Origin: Chloroflexota bacterium
GTDB lineage: Bacteria > Chloroflexota > Dehalococcoidia > Lucifugimonadales > JACPCL1
Assembly: GCA_016179765.1 (NCBI GenBank)
Contig: JACPCL010000036.1
Location: forward strand, 13,916-77,915
Reading direction: 5' to 3'
Length of the DNA stretch: 64,000 nt
Shown: positions 53,543 to 62,468 of the stretch, piece after piece
How the letters are laid out: each line of letters opens with the position of its first letter
Position numbering within the stretch: position 1 is the stretch's first letter
Translations under genes and position numbers: made by a program
Notes under the pieces: generated by a model
The model's input: only the letters and a program-made list of their open reading frames with translations
Told to the model about the DNA's origin: nothing
Databases searched by the model: none

Positions 53543-53582
53543 GGGGTTGACCCTGGCAGGCTACATCATCTCGTGGGTATAA

Positions 53583-54974
53583 CTACACCGCCACCGCCTT
53601 CACCAGCTCCTCCACCGTTGCCATGGTACTGACACGGTAGATGGCATCCAGGGCCACTGCAATGCGCTCCGCAGGCAGCGTCCCCGTGGCGCAGTCGGTG
53701 AACTTGGCCGCCATCTCCTGCTGGCTCATGGGCCTATCGGGCTGGCCGCGGGAGGTGAAGGCTTCCCGGGAGTAGACGCGCCCATCCCTGAGCCGCACCT
53801 CCACCAGGCTACGCATTTTCTCCGCGCCCTTGGCCTCAATCTCCGGGCTATGGTAGGTCTTCACCCGCTGCATCATGGCCCGCACCTCTGGCGAGAGCAC
53901 CACCTCGTCAGTGAACTCTCGGATGCCCGCCCGCCGCCGCAGCGCCAGAATACCCAGGCAGAACTGAAGGCTGAACTTCGCCTCCAACTCGTTCTGGGGG
54001 TCGGTGTAGCGCAGAGGGTTGAGGATGTTGTAACCCGCGCCCAGGCGCACCTCCTCCACCTGCTGAGGGTGGATGTCGTGCTCGGTCATCAGGTCCAGAA
54101 GCGTATCCATGGAAGGATGGCTGAGGGAGCCGCAGGGGTACGGCTTGACCGACACGCCAGGCCAGCTCAGGGTGTAGGGGTTGCCCAGGCGACCGATGAT
54201 GCGCGCCGCGTCCACGCCACCGCCGGTGACCTGGAAGTACCCCCATTGGCCGTCCAGGGCGTTGGGGTCTGCCTCGTACCCCAGGACGGCCAGCTTGGCG
54301 GCGGCGACGCCGTTCTCCGCCGCTGCGCCGGCGTGGTAGGGCTTGGTCATGGTGCCGAAGTTGACGCGGAGGCCAGCGCTCTTGGAGGCGGCGATGCCCA
54401 GGGCATGGCGCATCTGCTGGGGCGTCAGCCGGTACAGCCTGGCCGCTCCCGCTGCGGCGGCAAAGACGCCGAAGGTACCCGTGGAGTGGAACCCCTGGAG
54501 GTAGTGTCTGGGGGCAACCGCCTCCGCCATCTTGCACTCCACCTCCATGGCGGTGCAGAAGGCCGCCAGAAACTCCTGGCCGGAAGCGCCTACCTCCTGG
54601 GCCACCGCGAGGGTGGCGGCAAGGGCGGGGGTGGTGGGATGGGTGAGCAGGCCGTACACCCGGTCCGGGGTCTCGGCAAGCTGCGTGTCGTCGTAGTCAT
54701 CGGCGTGAGCGGCGACGCCGTTGGCCAGGGCAGCCAGGCTCGCCGATGTCAGGATGCGTGTGCCGGCAATGCTGCACGGGCCAACCACGCCGCTCTCCCG
54801 AATGTACCGCTGGATTACATGGGAGCACCCGGCCCGGGAGCCGGACAGGGTGACGGCCAGGCCGTCCACCAGGCACCGGTGCAGCTCTCGCTGCACCTCC
54901 GGCGGGATAGCCAGGAAGCTCATGCCCTGGATATAGTCAACCAGGGCGCTGGTGATGGTCTGCTGGCTGGCCAC
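53583..54974 (-). CDS. MmgE/PrpD family protein (2-methylcitrate dehydratase-like)
   Basis: 463 aa. Typical PrpD N- and C-domain patterns (AHADDYDDT, KPYHAG, KPYPCGSLSHP). Confidence 0.9.
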   Translation of the reverse strand: MASQQTITSALVDYIQGMSFLAIPPEVQRELHRCLVDGLAVTLSGSRAGCSHVIQRYIRESGVVGPCSIAGTRILTSASLAALANGVAAHADDYDDTQLAETPDRVYGLLTHPTTPALAATLAVAQEVGASGQEFLAAFCTAMEVECKMAEAVAPRHYLQGFHSTGTFGVFAAAAGAARLYRLTPQQMRHALGIAASKSAGLRVNFGTMTKPYHAGAAAENGVAAAKLAVLGYEADPNALDGQWGYFQVTGGGVDAARIIGRLGNPYTLSWPGVSVKPYPCGSLSHPSMDTLLDLMTEHDIHPQQVEEVRLGAGYNILNPLRYTDPQNELEAKFSLQFCLGILALRRRAGIREFTDEVVLSPEVRAMMQRVKTYHSPEIEAKGAEKMRSLVEVRLRDGRVYSREAFTSRGQPDRPMSQQEMAAKFTDCATGTLPAERIAVALDAIYRVSTMATVEELVKAVAV

Positions 54975-55142
54975 GGATACCCTCCTTGGCGGCGCGTGGG
55001 TATCACTATATACGCAACGTCAGGGGAAGGCCACAGGGCTTAAGGAGGGGACCTCCCATCGCATCGCCCTTGACACGTGCGCCAGGACGTGCCACTATAG
55101 GCGCATCTCTCACACCGTGCCTCAAGACATTTACGATTTCTA

Positions 55143-55916
55143 TTGGCCTCTCCCCAACCTCCGCCCAAAACGATCCGCTTGTCCCGCCAGGGGCCAGTGG
55201 CCTCCATACTCCTCCGACGACCTCGCGCTGCCAACCGGGTGAATCTGCGCATGGCTGAGGAGCTGGCCCTGGCTTGCGCGGCAATCAACCAGGATGACGC
55301 TATCCGGTGCGTAATGCTCTCCGGCAGCGGCGACGTTTTTTCCGCCGGCTGGGAGACGCCCCCGGTCACACCCGCTGCCGGACTCTCTCGCTACCAGGCC
55401 GCCATCGCCATTGCCAGCCTGCATGCGCCGGTTGTGGCCGCCATCAATGGCGACGCCATTGGCCAGGGGCTGGAGCTGGCCCTGGCCGCCGACCTTCGTA
55501 TCGCCGCCTCCACTGCTCACTTTGCCATGCCGCAGGTGGGCCACGGGCTGCTGCCCTGGGACGGCGGCACGCAGCGACTGGCCCGCATCGTGGGCCGCGC
55601 CTATGCCCTGGAACTGCTGCTGACGGGGGAGACCGTGGACGCGGCCACCGCCCTGCGCATGGGGCTGGTGAACCGCCTTGCGCCGCCCCAAGAGTTGCGC
55701 CAGGCGGTAGATGCGGTGGTGGGGCAGGTGATCGCCGCTGCGCCCATCGCCATACGCTACGCCAAAGAGGCGGTGCGGGACGGCGCCGAGCTGGCTCTAG
55801 CCCAGGGCTTGCGCTTAGAGGCAGACCTGACTATCCTCTTGCAGGGTACAAAAGACCGGGCGGAGGGAATCCGCTCCTTTATGGAGCGGCGGCCCGCCGT
55901 TTTTAGAGGCGAGTGA
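55143..55916 (+). CDS. enoyl-CoA hydratase/isomerase (crotonase) family protein
   Basis: VMLSGSGDVFSAGWE, AAINGDAIGQGLELALAADLRIA. TTG start. Confidence 0.85.
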   Translation: MASPQPPPKTIRLSRQGPVASILLRRPRAANRVNLRMAEELALACAAINQDDAIRCVMLSGSGDVFSAGWETPPVTPAAGLSRYQAAIAIASLHAPVVAAINGDAIGQGLELALAADLRIAASTAHFAMPQVGHGLLPWDGGTQRLARIVGRAYALELLLTGETVDAATALRMGLVNRLAPPQELRQAVDAVVGQVIAAAPIAIRYAKEAVRDGAELALAQGLRLEADLTILLQGTKDRAEGIRSFMERRPAVFRGE

Positions 55917-55958
55917 CCAGGTGGTTGCTACGCCACTGGGGAAGATTCGGAGGCCACG

Positions 55959-56552
55959 GTGAAATTGCGGCTGGACCTGCATACGCACATCTGGGAAGCA
56001 TCAGGTTTCCAGTCCCCTAATCTGGCCTGGGCGGAGAAGGTCGTCCAGCAGTGCAAGGCCAGGGGCATTGACGGTATTGCCATCACCGAGCACAAAATCC
56101 TGGAGCACAGCTTCGCCTACAAGCGCATCATTGAAACGCACTTCCCTGGCCAGCTCCTCGTCTTCCCTGGCTGGGAGATAGAGGAGCACTTCATAGACGA
56201 CTACTTTCAGACTCGGGAGGTGGGGGAGTTCCTGCTCCCCAATGGCAAGGTGTTCCGCAACTACTGCCATCCGGGCCATCCCTCCCGCACCATAGAGATA
56301 GACAGCGTCCAGTCCATTGAGGTGGACAACTGCCTGCACAACTGGCACATAGACAAGAAGCGGGTGGAAGCGGTAGCCAAGGAGCACAGCCTGCTCCTGA
56401 CCAGGGTGAGCGACGCCCACAACGTGGAGGACATAGGCAAGAACTACATTGAGGTTGAGCTGGAGGAGCTATGCGCCAGGGCCAAGGAGGTCCCTGGGTG
56501 GGGCCAGAGCATGAGGAGCTACGATGGCGACCCCGACCGTCCTGTACAATAA
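55959..56552 (+). CDS. PHP-like metal-dependent phosphoesterase
   Basis: LDLHTHIWEASG, GIAITEH and VSDAH motifs. GTG start. 29-nt overlap with the next gene. Confidence 0.6.
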   Translation: MKLRLDLHTHIWEASGFQSPNLAWAEKVVQQCKARGIDGIAITEHKILEHSFAYKRIIETHFPGQLLVFPGWEIEEHFIDDYFQTREVGEFLLPNGKVFRNYCHPGHPSRTIEIDSVQSIEVDNCLHNWHIDKKRVEAVAKEHSLLLTRVSDAHNVEDIGKNYIEVELEELCARAKEVPGWGQSMRSYDGDPDRPVQ

Positions 56553-57282
56553 GGAAGGGCCGGTGGCGTGGGTGACCTTGAACCGTCCCCATGTCCTCAA
56601 CGCCTACAACATGGCCATGAGGGACGAGCTCTACACCACCCTTGAAGCGGTGCGAGATGATCCGGAGGTGCGTGGGGTGATCCTGGCCGGCGCGGGCGAG
56701 CGGGCCTTCTGCGCGGGGGCGGACCTCACGGAGTTTGGCGCTGCGCCCTCACAGGCCATCGCCCGCCAGGTACGGTGGGAGCGTGACGTGTGGGGCCTCT
56801 TCCTGGGCATGGACAAGCCTATGGTGGCTGCCGTGCACGGATATGTCCTGGGCTCTGGGGTGGAGATGGCGCTGCTCTGCGACCTGCGCATCGCCGCGGA
56901 GGATGCTCTCTTTGGCCTGCCGGAGACCGCTCTTGGCCTGATCCCTGCGGCGGGCGGTACCCAGACCCTGCCCAGGTGTATCGGAGTGGCGGAAGCGCTG
57001 GACCTGTTGCTGACAGGCCGTCGCCTATCCGCCGCGGAGGCCTTTGGCCTTGGTTTGGTGACCCAGGTCATGCCCAGGCGTCAGCTTCATGAGCAGGCGC
57101 GGCTGACCTTGGAACGCATCATTCGCACAGACCCGGCGGCGCTGGCCAGCGCCAAACGCGCCGTCCACGAAGGGTTGGATATGCCCTTGGGAGAGGCGTT
57201 AGCCCTGGAGGAGCGCCTGGCCGGGGGGCTGCTGCACCAGGGGAAGAGGGGGAGCAGGAGAGCCGGCCGGCCGGCGCCGTAG
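56524..57282 (+). CDS. enoyl-CoA hydratase/isomerase (crotonase) family protein
   Basis: VAWVTLNRPHVLNA, GAGERAFCAGADL, AAVHGYVLGSGVEMALLCDLRIA. Confidence 0.85.
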   Translation: MATPTVLYNKEGPVAWVTLNRPHVLNAYNMAMRDELYTTLEAVRDDPEVRGVILAGAGERAFCAGADLTEFGAAPSQAIARQVRWERDVWGLFLGMDKPMVAAVHGYVLGSGVEMALLCDLRIAAEDALFGLPETALGLIPAAGGTQTLPRCIGVAEALDLLLTGRRLSAAEAFGLGLVTQVMPRRQLHEQARLTLERIIRTDPAALASAKRAVHEGLDMPLGEALALEERLAGGLLHQGKRGSRRAGRPAP

Positions 57283-57351
57283 CGTCCCTGGACGACGTTC
57301 CTGGGCACACGTATCATGAACCCTGCGGGACCGTCAACTCAGAGGAGTCCC

Positions 57352-58965
57352 ATGAACACTACCGAGTTCTTAGCCCTGTCTAGCGCCATTGTCCCCCAGA
57401 GGGAGGCCGTCATCTTTGAGGAGAAACGCTTTTCCTACGAAGACTTGCTGGAGCGGGTCAATCGCCTGGCGGACGCCCTGGCCAACCGGGGCATTGGCCG
57501 CGGCGACCGCATCGCAGCCATTCAGGTCAACTGCAACGAGCATATAGAGGCATACTTCGCCGCCGCCAAACTGGACGCCATCTACGTCCCCATCAACTTC
57601 CGCGTGAAGAACGATGAGCTGAGCTTCATGCTCAAGGACTCGGAGCCCAAGGCGCTCCTGGCAGGCGGCCGGTACTACGATCTGGTGGAGGCGGGCACCA
57701 AAGGCGTACCCTCCCTGAATACGCTCATTGCCCTGGACGGCCCACACGACTCCTGGCTCTCCTACGAGAAGCTCCTGGCTTCGGGCAAGAACGAGGAGCG
57801 CTTCCCCCAGGGTGACGATGATGACACCACCATCATCATGTTTACCGCAGGCACAACCGGCACGCCCAAGGGCGTCATGCTCACCTACAACAGCTTCGCC
57901 TCTTACATCATCTCCAACATCAGCCCCGCTGACCCGGAGGTGGAGGAACGGAACATCCTCACCGTGCCGCTGCACCACATCGCCGGCATGCAGGCGGTCC
58001 TGTCCGCTATCTATGGAGGCCGCACCCTCATCATCCAGCGCCAGTTCCAGCCCGTGGAGTGGATGCAACTGGTCCAGCGGGAGAAGGTCAACCGGGCCAT
58101 GATGGTCCCCACCATGCTCAAGCAGCTCATTGACCATCCCGACTTCCTCAAGTACGACCTCTCCAGCCTTCAGGTCATCACCTACGGCGCCGCTCCCATG
58201 CCGTTGCCCGTTATCCAGGACGCCATCAGAAAGCTGCCCAAGACAAGGTTCATCAATGCCTTTGGCCAGACGGAGACCGCCTCCACCATTACCATGCTGC
58301 CGCCTGAGGACCATGACCTCAGCGGCTCCCCTCAGGTGGTGCAGAGGAAGCTCAAGCGCCTCTCCTCCATCGGCAAGCCCCTGGAGGACGTGGAGGTGCG
58401 CATCGTGGATGAGCAGGGGATTGACGTGCCCAAGGGCGAGGTGGGTGAGATCATCGCCAGCGGCCCACGCCTGATGAAGGGGTACTGGCATCGGGAGGAC
58501 GCCACCAGGGAGACCATGCGCAACGGCTGGCTCTTCACCGGCGACCTGGGCTACATGGACGAAGACGGCTACATCTTCCTGGCCGGACGGGCCAAGGACT
58601 TCATCAAGCGCGGCGGCGAGATGATCTCGCCTGATGAGGTGGAGCAGGTGCTCATGTCCCACCCGGCGGTGGATGAGGCCGCCATCATTGGCGTGCCGGA
58701 CGACTACTGGGGCGAGCGCATCCGGGCGGTAGTGGTGGTGCGCCCCGGTAGCCGGGTGACGGGCCAGGAGCTCATAGAGCACTGCCACGAGCGGCTGGCC
58801 AGCTACAAGCGTCCCGAGTCGGTGGTGTTCGTTCCAGAGCTGCCGCGCAACCCCATGGGGAAGGTGCTCAAACGGGTGCTACGGGAGGAGTTTGGCCAGC
58901 CCATCGTAGAGGGCGGAGACGCCAGCTCCGTTGGGAAAGGGCAGCCGAGGGCAAGGGCAAATTGA
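57352..58965 (+). CDS. AMP-dependent acyl-CoA synthetase/ligase
   Basis: ATG 57352 after GAGGAG. IMFTAGTTGTPKGV, TGDLGYMDEDGYIFLAGRAKD and PRNPMGKVLKR motifs. Confidence 0.9.
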   Translation: MNTTEFLALSSAIVPQREAVIFEEKRFSYEDLLERVNRLADALANRGIGRGDRIAAIQVNCNEHIEAYFAAAKLDAIYVPINFRVKNDELSFMLKDSEPKALLAGGRYYDLVEAGTKGVPSLNTLIALDGPHDSWLSYEKLLASGKNEERFPQGDDDDTTIIMFTAGTTGTPKGVMLTYNSFASYIISNISPADPEVEERNILTVPLHHIAGMQAVLSAIYGGRTLIIQRQFQPVEWMQLVQREKVNRAMMVPTMLKQLIDHPDFLKYDLSSLQVITYGAAPMPLPVIQDAIRKLPKTRFINAFGQTETASTITMLPPEDHDLSGSPQVVQRKLKRLSSIGKPLEDVEVRIVDEQGIDVPKGEVGEIIASGPRLMKGYWHREDATRETMRNGWLFTGDLGYMDEDGYIFLAGRAKDFIKRGGEMISPDEVEQVLMSHPAVDEAAIIGVPDDYWGERIRAVVVVRPGSRVTGQELIEHCHERLASYKRPESVVFVPELPRNPMGKVLKRVLREEFGQPIVEGGDASSVGKGQPRARAN

Positions 58966-59084
58966 CCTGGCCAAGCCGCGTGCTTGCTTTGCTCTCCCTT
59001 GACCCGTCAGAAGTCTGGAGCCTAAGGGAGATGGTAAGGGCTTTGCCAGTTTGTCCCCTTCGCTAGTGGGAGGTTCACCCGCCC

Positions 59085-60839
59085 GTGTCCAGACTTCGTT
59101 GTTTGCTAGCATTTCCTGTCGCTGCCATGGCCATCTTTGTCTTGGCGGCTTGTTCCTCTGGAGCGCCCCCAGCCGCGGACACCCGTTCGCCTTCCCCACT
59201 TCCTGGCCGAACGCCCGCTCCGTCTCCCAGCGCAACGATTGCGCAATGGCCTTTCCCTACGGCAACTCCAACGGCGACGGAGCTCCATGGCGTGCGTACC
59301 CGTCCGCCCTTGGACGCTGGGAGAATCGCCGCCATTGACCAGCACGCTCTGGATGCTCCCGATTCCGCCGAGCAGTCCATCAAGGCCCTTGCGTCGTACC
59401 TCGTTTCCCCCGCCCAGGACGACGTTGAGAAGGCAAGGGCTATCTATCGTTGGATTACCGATAACATCGCTTACGATTTCGCGAGCTACCTCTCCAAAAG
59501 GTATCCGGACCAAAGCGCTGAAGCCGTCATGAAACGTCGGACAGGGGTGTGTAGTGGCTACGCCAATCTTTTTGCGGCCTTGGGAAAGGCTGCGGGGTTG
59601 CAGGTGGAAGTGATTAGTGGTTGGTCAAAGGGCTACGCGTATGTAAACAACACCTTGGACGAAGAGCCCAACCACGCCTGGAACGCAGTGCGCCTAGACG
59701 GCGGCTGGTATCTTGTGGAGTCAACTTGGGGCGCTGGCTTCATTAGCGAAGAGAAGCAGTTCGTGCGCAGATTTGATGGCTATTACTTCCTGACATCGCC
59801 CCAAGAACTTATCTTTGATCACTACCCCGTGGACTCGCGCTGGCAATTGCTTGTCGTACCGGTAGCGAAGCAAGAGTTTCTCTCTTTGCCCCGGGTATGG
59901 CCGGAATTCTTTGAAAACGGCATTGGTCTAGAAAGCCATCGTCAGGCAGGGATTCGTGCAAATCGTGAGGTGGATGTTACCCTTTCGGCTCCCTTGGACG
60001 CGCTCCTGTTGGTGACCCTCCACAGAGGTGAGGAGGACTTGTCGGATTTGATGACTTTTGTGCAACGTTCTGGTGGGGACTACCATGTCAAGGCGGCATT
60101 CCCGGGGGCTGGCGAGTATCGCCTAACGGTCTTCTCCAAGAAAGCATCTGACCAGGGTCCGTTTCACAGCACCTTAGAGTACACCGTAGCTGTGGCGGTC
60201 GGTGACCCTTCCCATCCCGGATTCCCAAAGGTGTGGCCCGCCTTTTTTGACAACCAGCTTGGGTTTGTCAGCCACTCCGGCGGCATGATTGCGGCGGCAG
60301 GTGAAGTGCTGGTTACCCTGTCAGCGCCTCCGGATGTTCTTCTCTTGGCCAGCCTCAGCCGTGATGGCCAGGAGCTTTCAGCCGGCCTGACCTTTGTCCA
60401 GCGCAAAGGTGCAGACTACAACGTCAGCGCCGCTTTCCCTACAGCAGGGCGGTATGCACTGACCATCTTCTCCAAGCGTGCTAGGAGCGATGGCCTTTAC
60501 AAAAGCTCTCTGGAGTATACTCTCCAAGTGAGCAAAGGTGCCCCCGGACTTTCCTATCCAACCACCTACAGCTCTTTCTCACAGAGAGGCGTTGTGCTCT
60601 ACAGCCCCTTCTCCGGGACGCTCCCTTTGGGCAGCACCCAAACCTTTCGGTTGCAAGTGCCAGGAGCTGAGCAGGTGGCGGTAATCATTGATGAACAGTG
60701 GCACTACCTGAACGGTGACGGTGGCCTTTTTGAGGGGTACGTAGCTATAGACGGGCAGGAGATCGGGGTGTACGCCAAGTTCCCCGGCAACACCCAGTTC
60801 AGCGGTCTCCTCAATTACACCTCTGGGCCTGTCCCCTAG
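59085..60839 (+). CDS. transglutaminase-domain lipoprotein with three C-terminal repeat domains
   Basis: Lipobox FVLAAC. Cys-His-Asp core GVCSGYANLF..HAWNAV..D. Two clear ~105-aa repeats (PRVWPEFFENG.. and PKVWPAFFDNQ..) plus a third, diverged one. Confidence 0.8.
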   Translation: MSRLRCLLAFPVAAMAIFVLAACSSGAPPAADTRSPSPLPGRTPAPSPSATIAQWPFPTATPTATELHGVRTRPPLDAGRIAAIDQHALDAPDSAEQSIKALASYLVSPAQDDVEKARAIYRWITDNIAYDFASYLSKRYPDQSAEAVMKRRTGVCSGYANLFAALGKAAGLQVEVISGWSKGYAYVNNTLDEEPNHAWNAVRLDGGWYLVESTWGAGFISEEKQFVRRFDGYYFLTSPQELIFDHYPVDSRWQLLVVPVAKQEFLSLPRVWPEFFENGIGLESHRQAGIRANREVDVTLSAPLDALLLVTLHRGEEDLSDLMTFVQRSGGDYHVKAAFPGAGEYRLTVFSKKASDQGPFHSTLEYTVAVAVGDPSHPGFPKVWPAFFDNQLGFVSHSGGMIAAAGEVLVTLSAPPDVLLLASLSRDGQELSAGLTFVQRKGADYNVSAAFPTAGRYALTIFSKRARSDGLYKSSLEYTLQVSKGAPGLSYPTTYSSFSQRGVVLYSPFSGTLPLGSTQTFRLQVPGAEQVAVIIDEQWHYLNGDGGLFEGYVAIDGQEIGVYAKFPGNTQFSGLLNYTSGPVP

Positions 60840-60845
60840 GAATCG

Positions 60846-60973
60846 AAGGTATCCCCTTCGGGGATTGATTTGTATCTGGGGGACACCCCCAGACCCCCGC
60901 CCCTTCGCTACCACTCAGGACAGGCTCCGAGGTTTCGCCCCTCTGAACTCCCCTTTTTTCAGCAGCCTCTTAG
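60846..60973. repeat. Rep-B copy (inverted orientation)
   Basis: AAGGTATCCCCTTCGGGGATTGATTTGTATCTGGGGGACACCCCCAGACCCCC..GGTTTCGCCCCTCTGAACTCCCCTTTTTTCAGCAGCCTCTTAG. Confidence 0.85.
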
Positions 60974-60988
60974 GTTGGGGCTGATGGC

Positions 60989-62203
60989 TTACCTTGTGGG
61001 CAGGAGCGCCTGCGCCCTCTGCGCCGCCCGCTGGGCGGCCTCCGCCACAAGCTCTGGGGCGCGGGCCAGGGCCTCGGCCAGGGGCATTCCGGCGGGAGCG
61101 GCGGCCTCGGCCAGGGCGATGCCTTGCCCCAGCAGCGCTTCGTACCCTGGCCCAAAGGAGCCGGCCACGGCAATCACCGGCACGCCCCTGCGCTGGGCAC
61201 GGCGGGCCACGGCCATTGGGGCCTTGTCGTAGGCGGTCTGCCAGTCCAGGCGACCCTCGCCGACGACTGCAAGGTCGGCTCCTTCCAGGGCGGCGTCCAG
61301 CCCCAGAGCATCGCACACGATGTCCGCGCCAGAGCCGACCTCCGCTCTCAGGAGGGCAAAGAGGCCGGCCCCCGCGCCGCCCGCCGCCCCCATGCGCAGG
61401 CGGGCCAGCACCTCCACCCCCAGGTCTCGCCGTACCACCTGAGCAAAGTGATAGAGGGCGGCATCCAGTTCCGTCACCACCTCGGGCGTTGCGCCCTTTT
61501 GCGGCCCGTAGGTGGCGGAGGCGCCTTCCGGACCGCAGAGGGGGTTGGCGACGTCGGCAGCGGCCAGGATGCGCGTCTCCCTCAGGCGCGGGTCCAGCGG
61601 GACAAGGTCAATTTCGGCGAGGCGGGACAGGGCCGCGCCACCCGTGGGCAGTTCCCGACCAGCACGGTCCAGGAAGCGAGCGCCCAAGGCCTGGGCGATG
61701 CCCGCGCCGCCGTCGTTGGTGGCGCTACCCCCAAGGCCGATAATGATGCGCCGGTAGCCAGCGTCCAGGGCGGCCCTGAGGAGCTGGCCCGTGCCGTAGG
61801 TGGTGGCGCGCCGGGGGTCGCGGCGGCCCTCCGATAGCAGGGCCAGGCCGGAGGCCCTCGCCAGCTCTATGACGGCGGTCTGCCTATTGGCCTGACCACG
61901 GGCGTCCATGACGCCCCAGTCGGCCTGGAGCGGCTCGCCCAGGGGGCCGGTGACGGCGGTGTGGAAGAGGCGACCTCCGGGCTGCTGGACTGGGGATTCA
62001 CCCCCATCCTGACCTTCCCCCGTCAAGGGGGAAGGAACAGCAGAAACCAGGGTCTCCAGGGTGCCATCGCCGCCGTCGGCCACGGGAAGCAGAACGAGGC
62101 GCGCCTGGGGGAAGACGCGGCCCAGGCCCCGGGCGATGGCCTGGGCCGCCTCTATGCCGCGCAGCCCGCCCTTGAAGGCCTGGGGGCAGATGAGGATGTT
62201 CAT
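60989..62203 (-). CDS. glxK: glycerate kinase
   Basis: MNILICPQAFKGGL, PVADGGDGT, VTGPLG, GGSATNDGGAG. Carries a 20-codon in-frame repeat-derived insert. Confidence 0.85.
   Translation of the reverse strand: MNILICPQAFKGGLRGIEAAQAIARGLGRVFPQARLVLLPVADGGDGTLETLVSAVPSPLTGEGQDGGESPVQQPGGRLFHTAVTGPLGEPLQADWGVMDARGQANRQTAVIELARASGLALLSEGRRDPRRATTYGTGQLLRAALDAGYRRIIIGLGGSATNDGGAGIAQALGARFLDRAGRELPTGGAALSRLAEIDLVPLDPRLRETRILAAADVANPLCGPEGASATYGPQKGATPEVVTELDAALYHFAQVVRRDLGVEVLARLRMGAAGGAGAGLFALLRAEVGSGADIVCDALGLDAALEGADLAVVGEGRLDWQTAYDKAPMAVARRAQRRGVPVIAVAGSFGPGYEALLGQGIALAEAAAPAGMPLAEALARAPELVAEAAQRAAQRAQALLPTR
61979..62038. repeat. Rep-A arm inserted in frame within glxK
   Basis: 61995-62038 matches 2927-2970 at 43/44 positions. 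Encodes VPSPLTGEGQDGGESPVQQP between conserved ..TLVSA and GGRLFHTAVTGPLG. Confidence 0.8.
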
Positions 62204-62205
62204 GA

Positions 62206-62282
62206 TGGAGCGGGGGACGGGATTTGAACCCGCGACAACCTGCTTGGAAGGCAGGAGCTCTGCCGGACTGAGCTACCCCCGC
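62206..62282 (-). tRNA. tRNA-Gly (anticodon UCC), CCA encoded
   Basis: GCGGGGGTAGCTCAGTCCGGCAGAGCTCCTGCCTTCCAAGCAGGTTGTCGCGGGTTCAAATCCCGTCCCCCGCTCCA folds as a 77-nt cloverleaf. Anticodon loop is CTTCCAA. Confidence 0.9.
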
Positions 62283-62468
62283 GCGGGGAGCTATCACCAG
62301 TGTATATCAGGCTGGCTTGCATCGCTAGCGGGCGGTTTTCACGCGCCGTGCGCCTCGGGTTGACGCTACGGGACCCACAAGGTGCGGTATGCGCCGCTCG
62401 GTTCACGTGGCGGCGCTGGCCACACCAGGCAAAGGGAACCGTTCTCTCCGGTCAGCCTGGGGCAAAGC

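Noticed and set aside
53850-55043. 397-aa ORF on the plus strand
   Set aside because: Antisense to the MmgE/PrpD-family gene. Gly/Arg/His-rich low-complexity translation with no motifs.
57370-58788. 472-aa ORF on the minus strand
   Set aside because: Antisense to the acyl-CoA ligase, which has clear AMP-binding motifs. A shadow ORF.
60870-61232. 120-aa ORF beginning MYLGDTPRPPP
   Set aside because: Its start is encoded by the Rep-B core hairpin, and the same peptide appears wherever the repeat occurs. The remainder is antisense to glxK.
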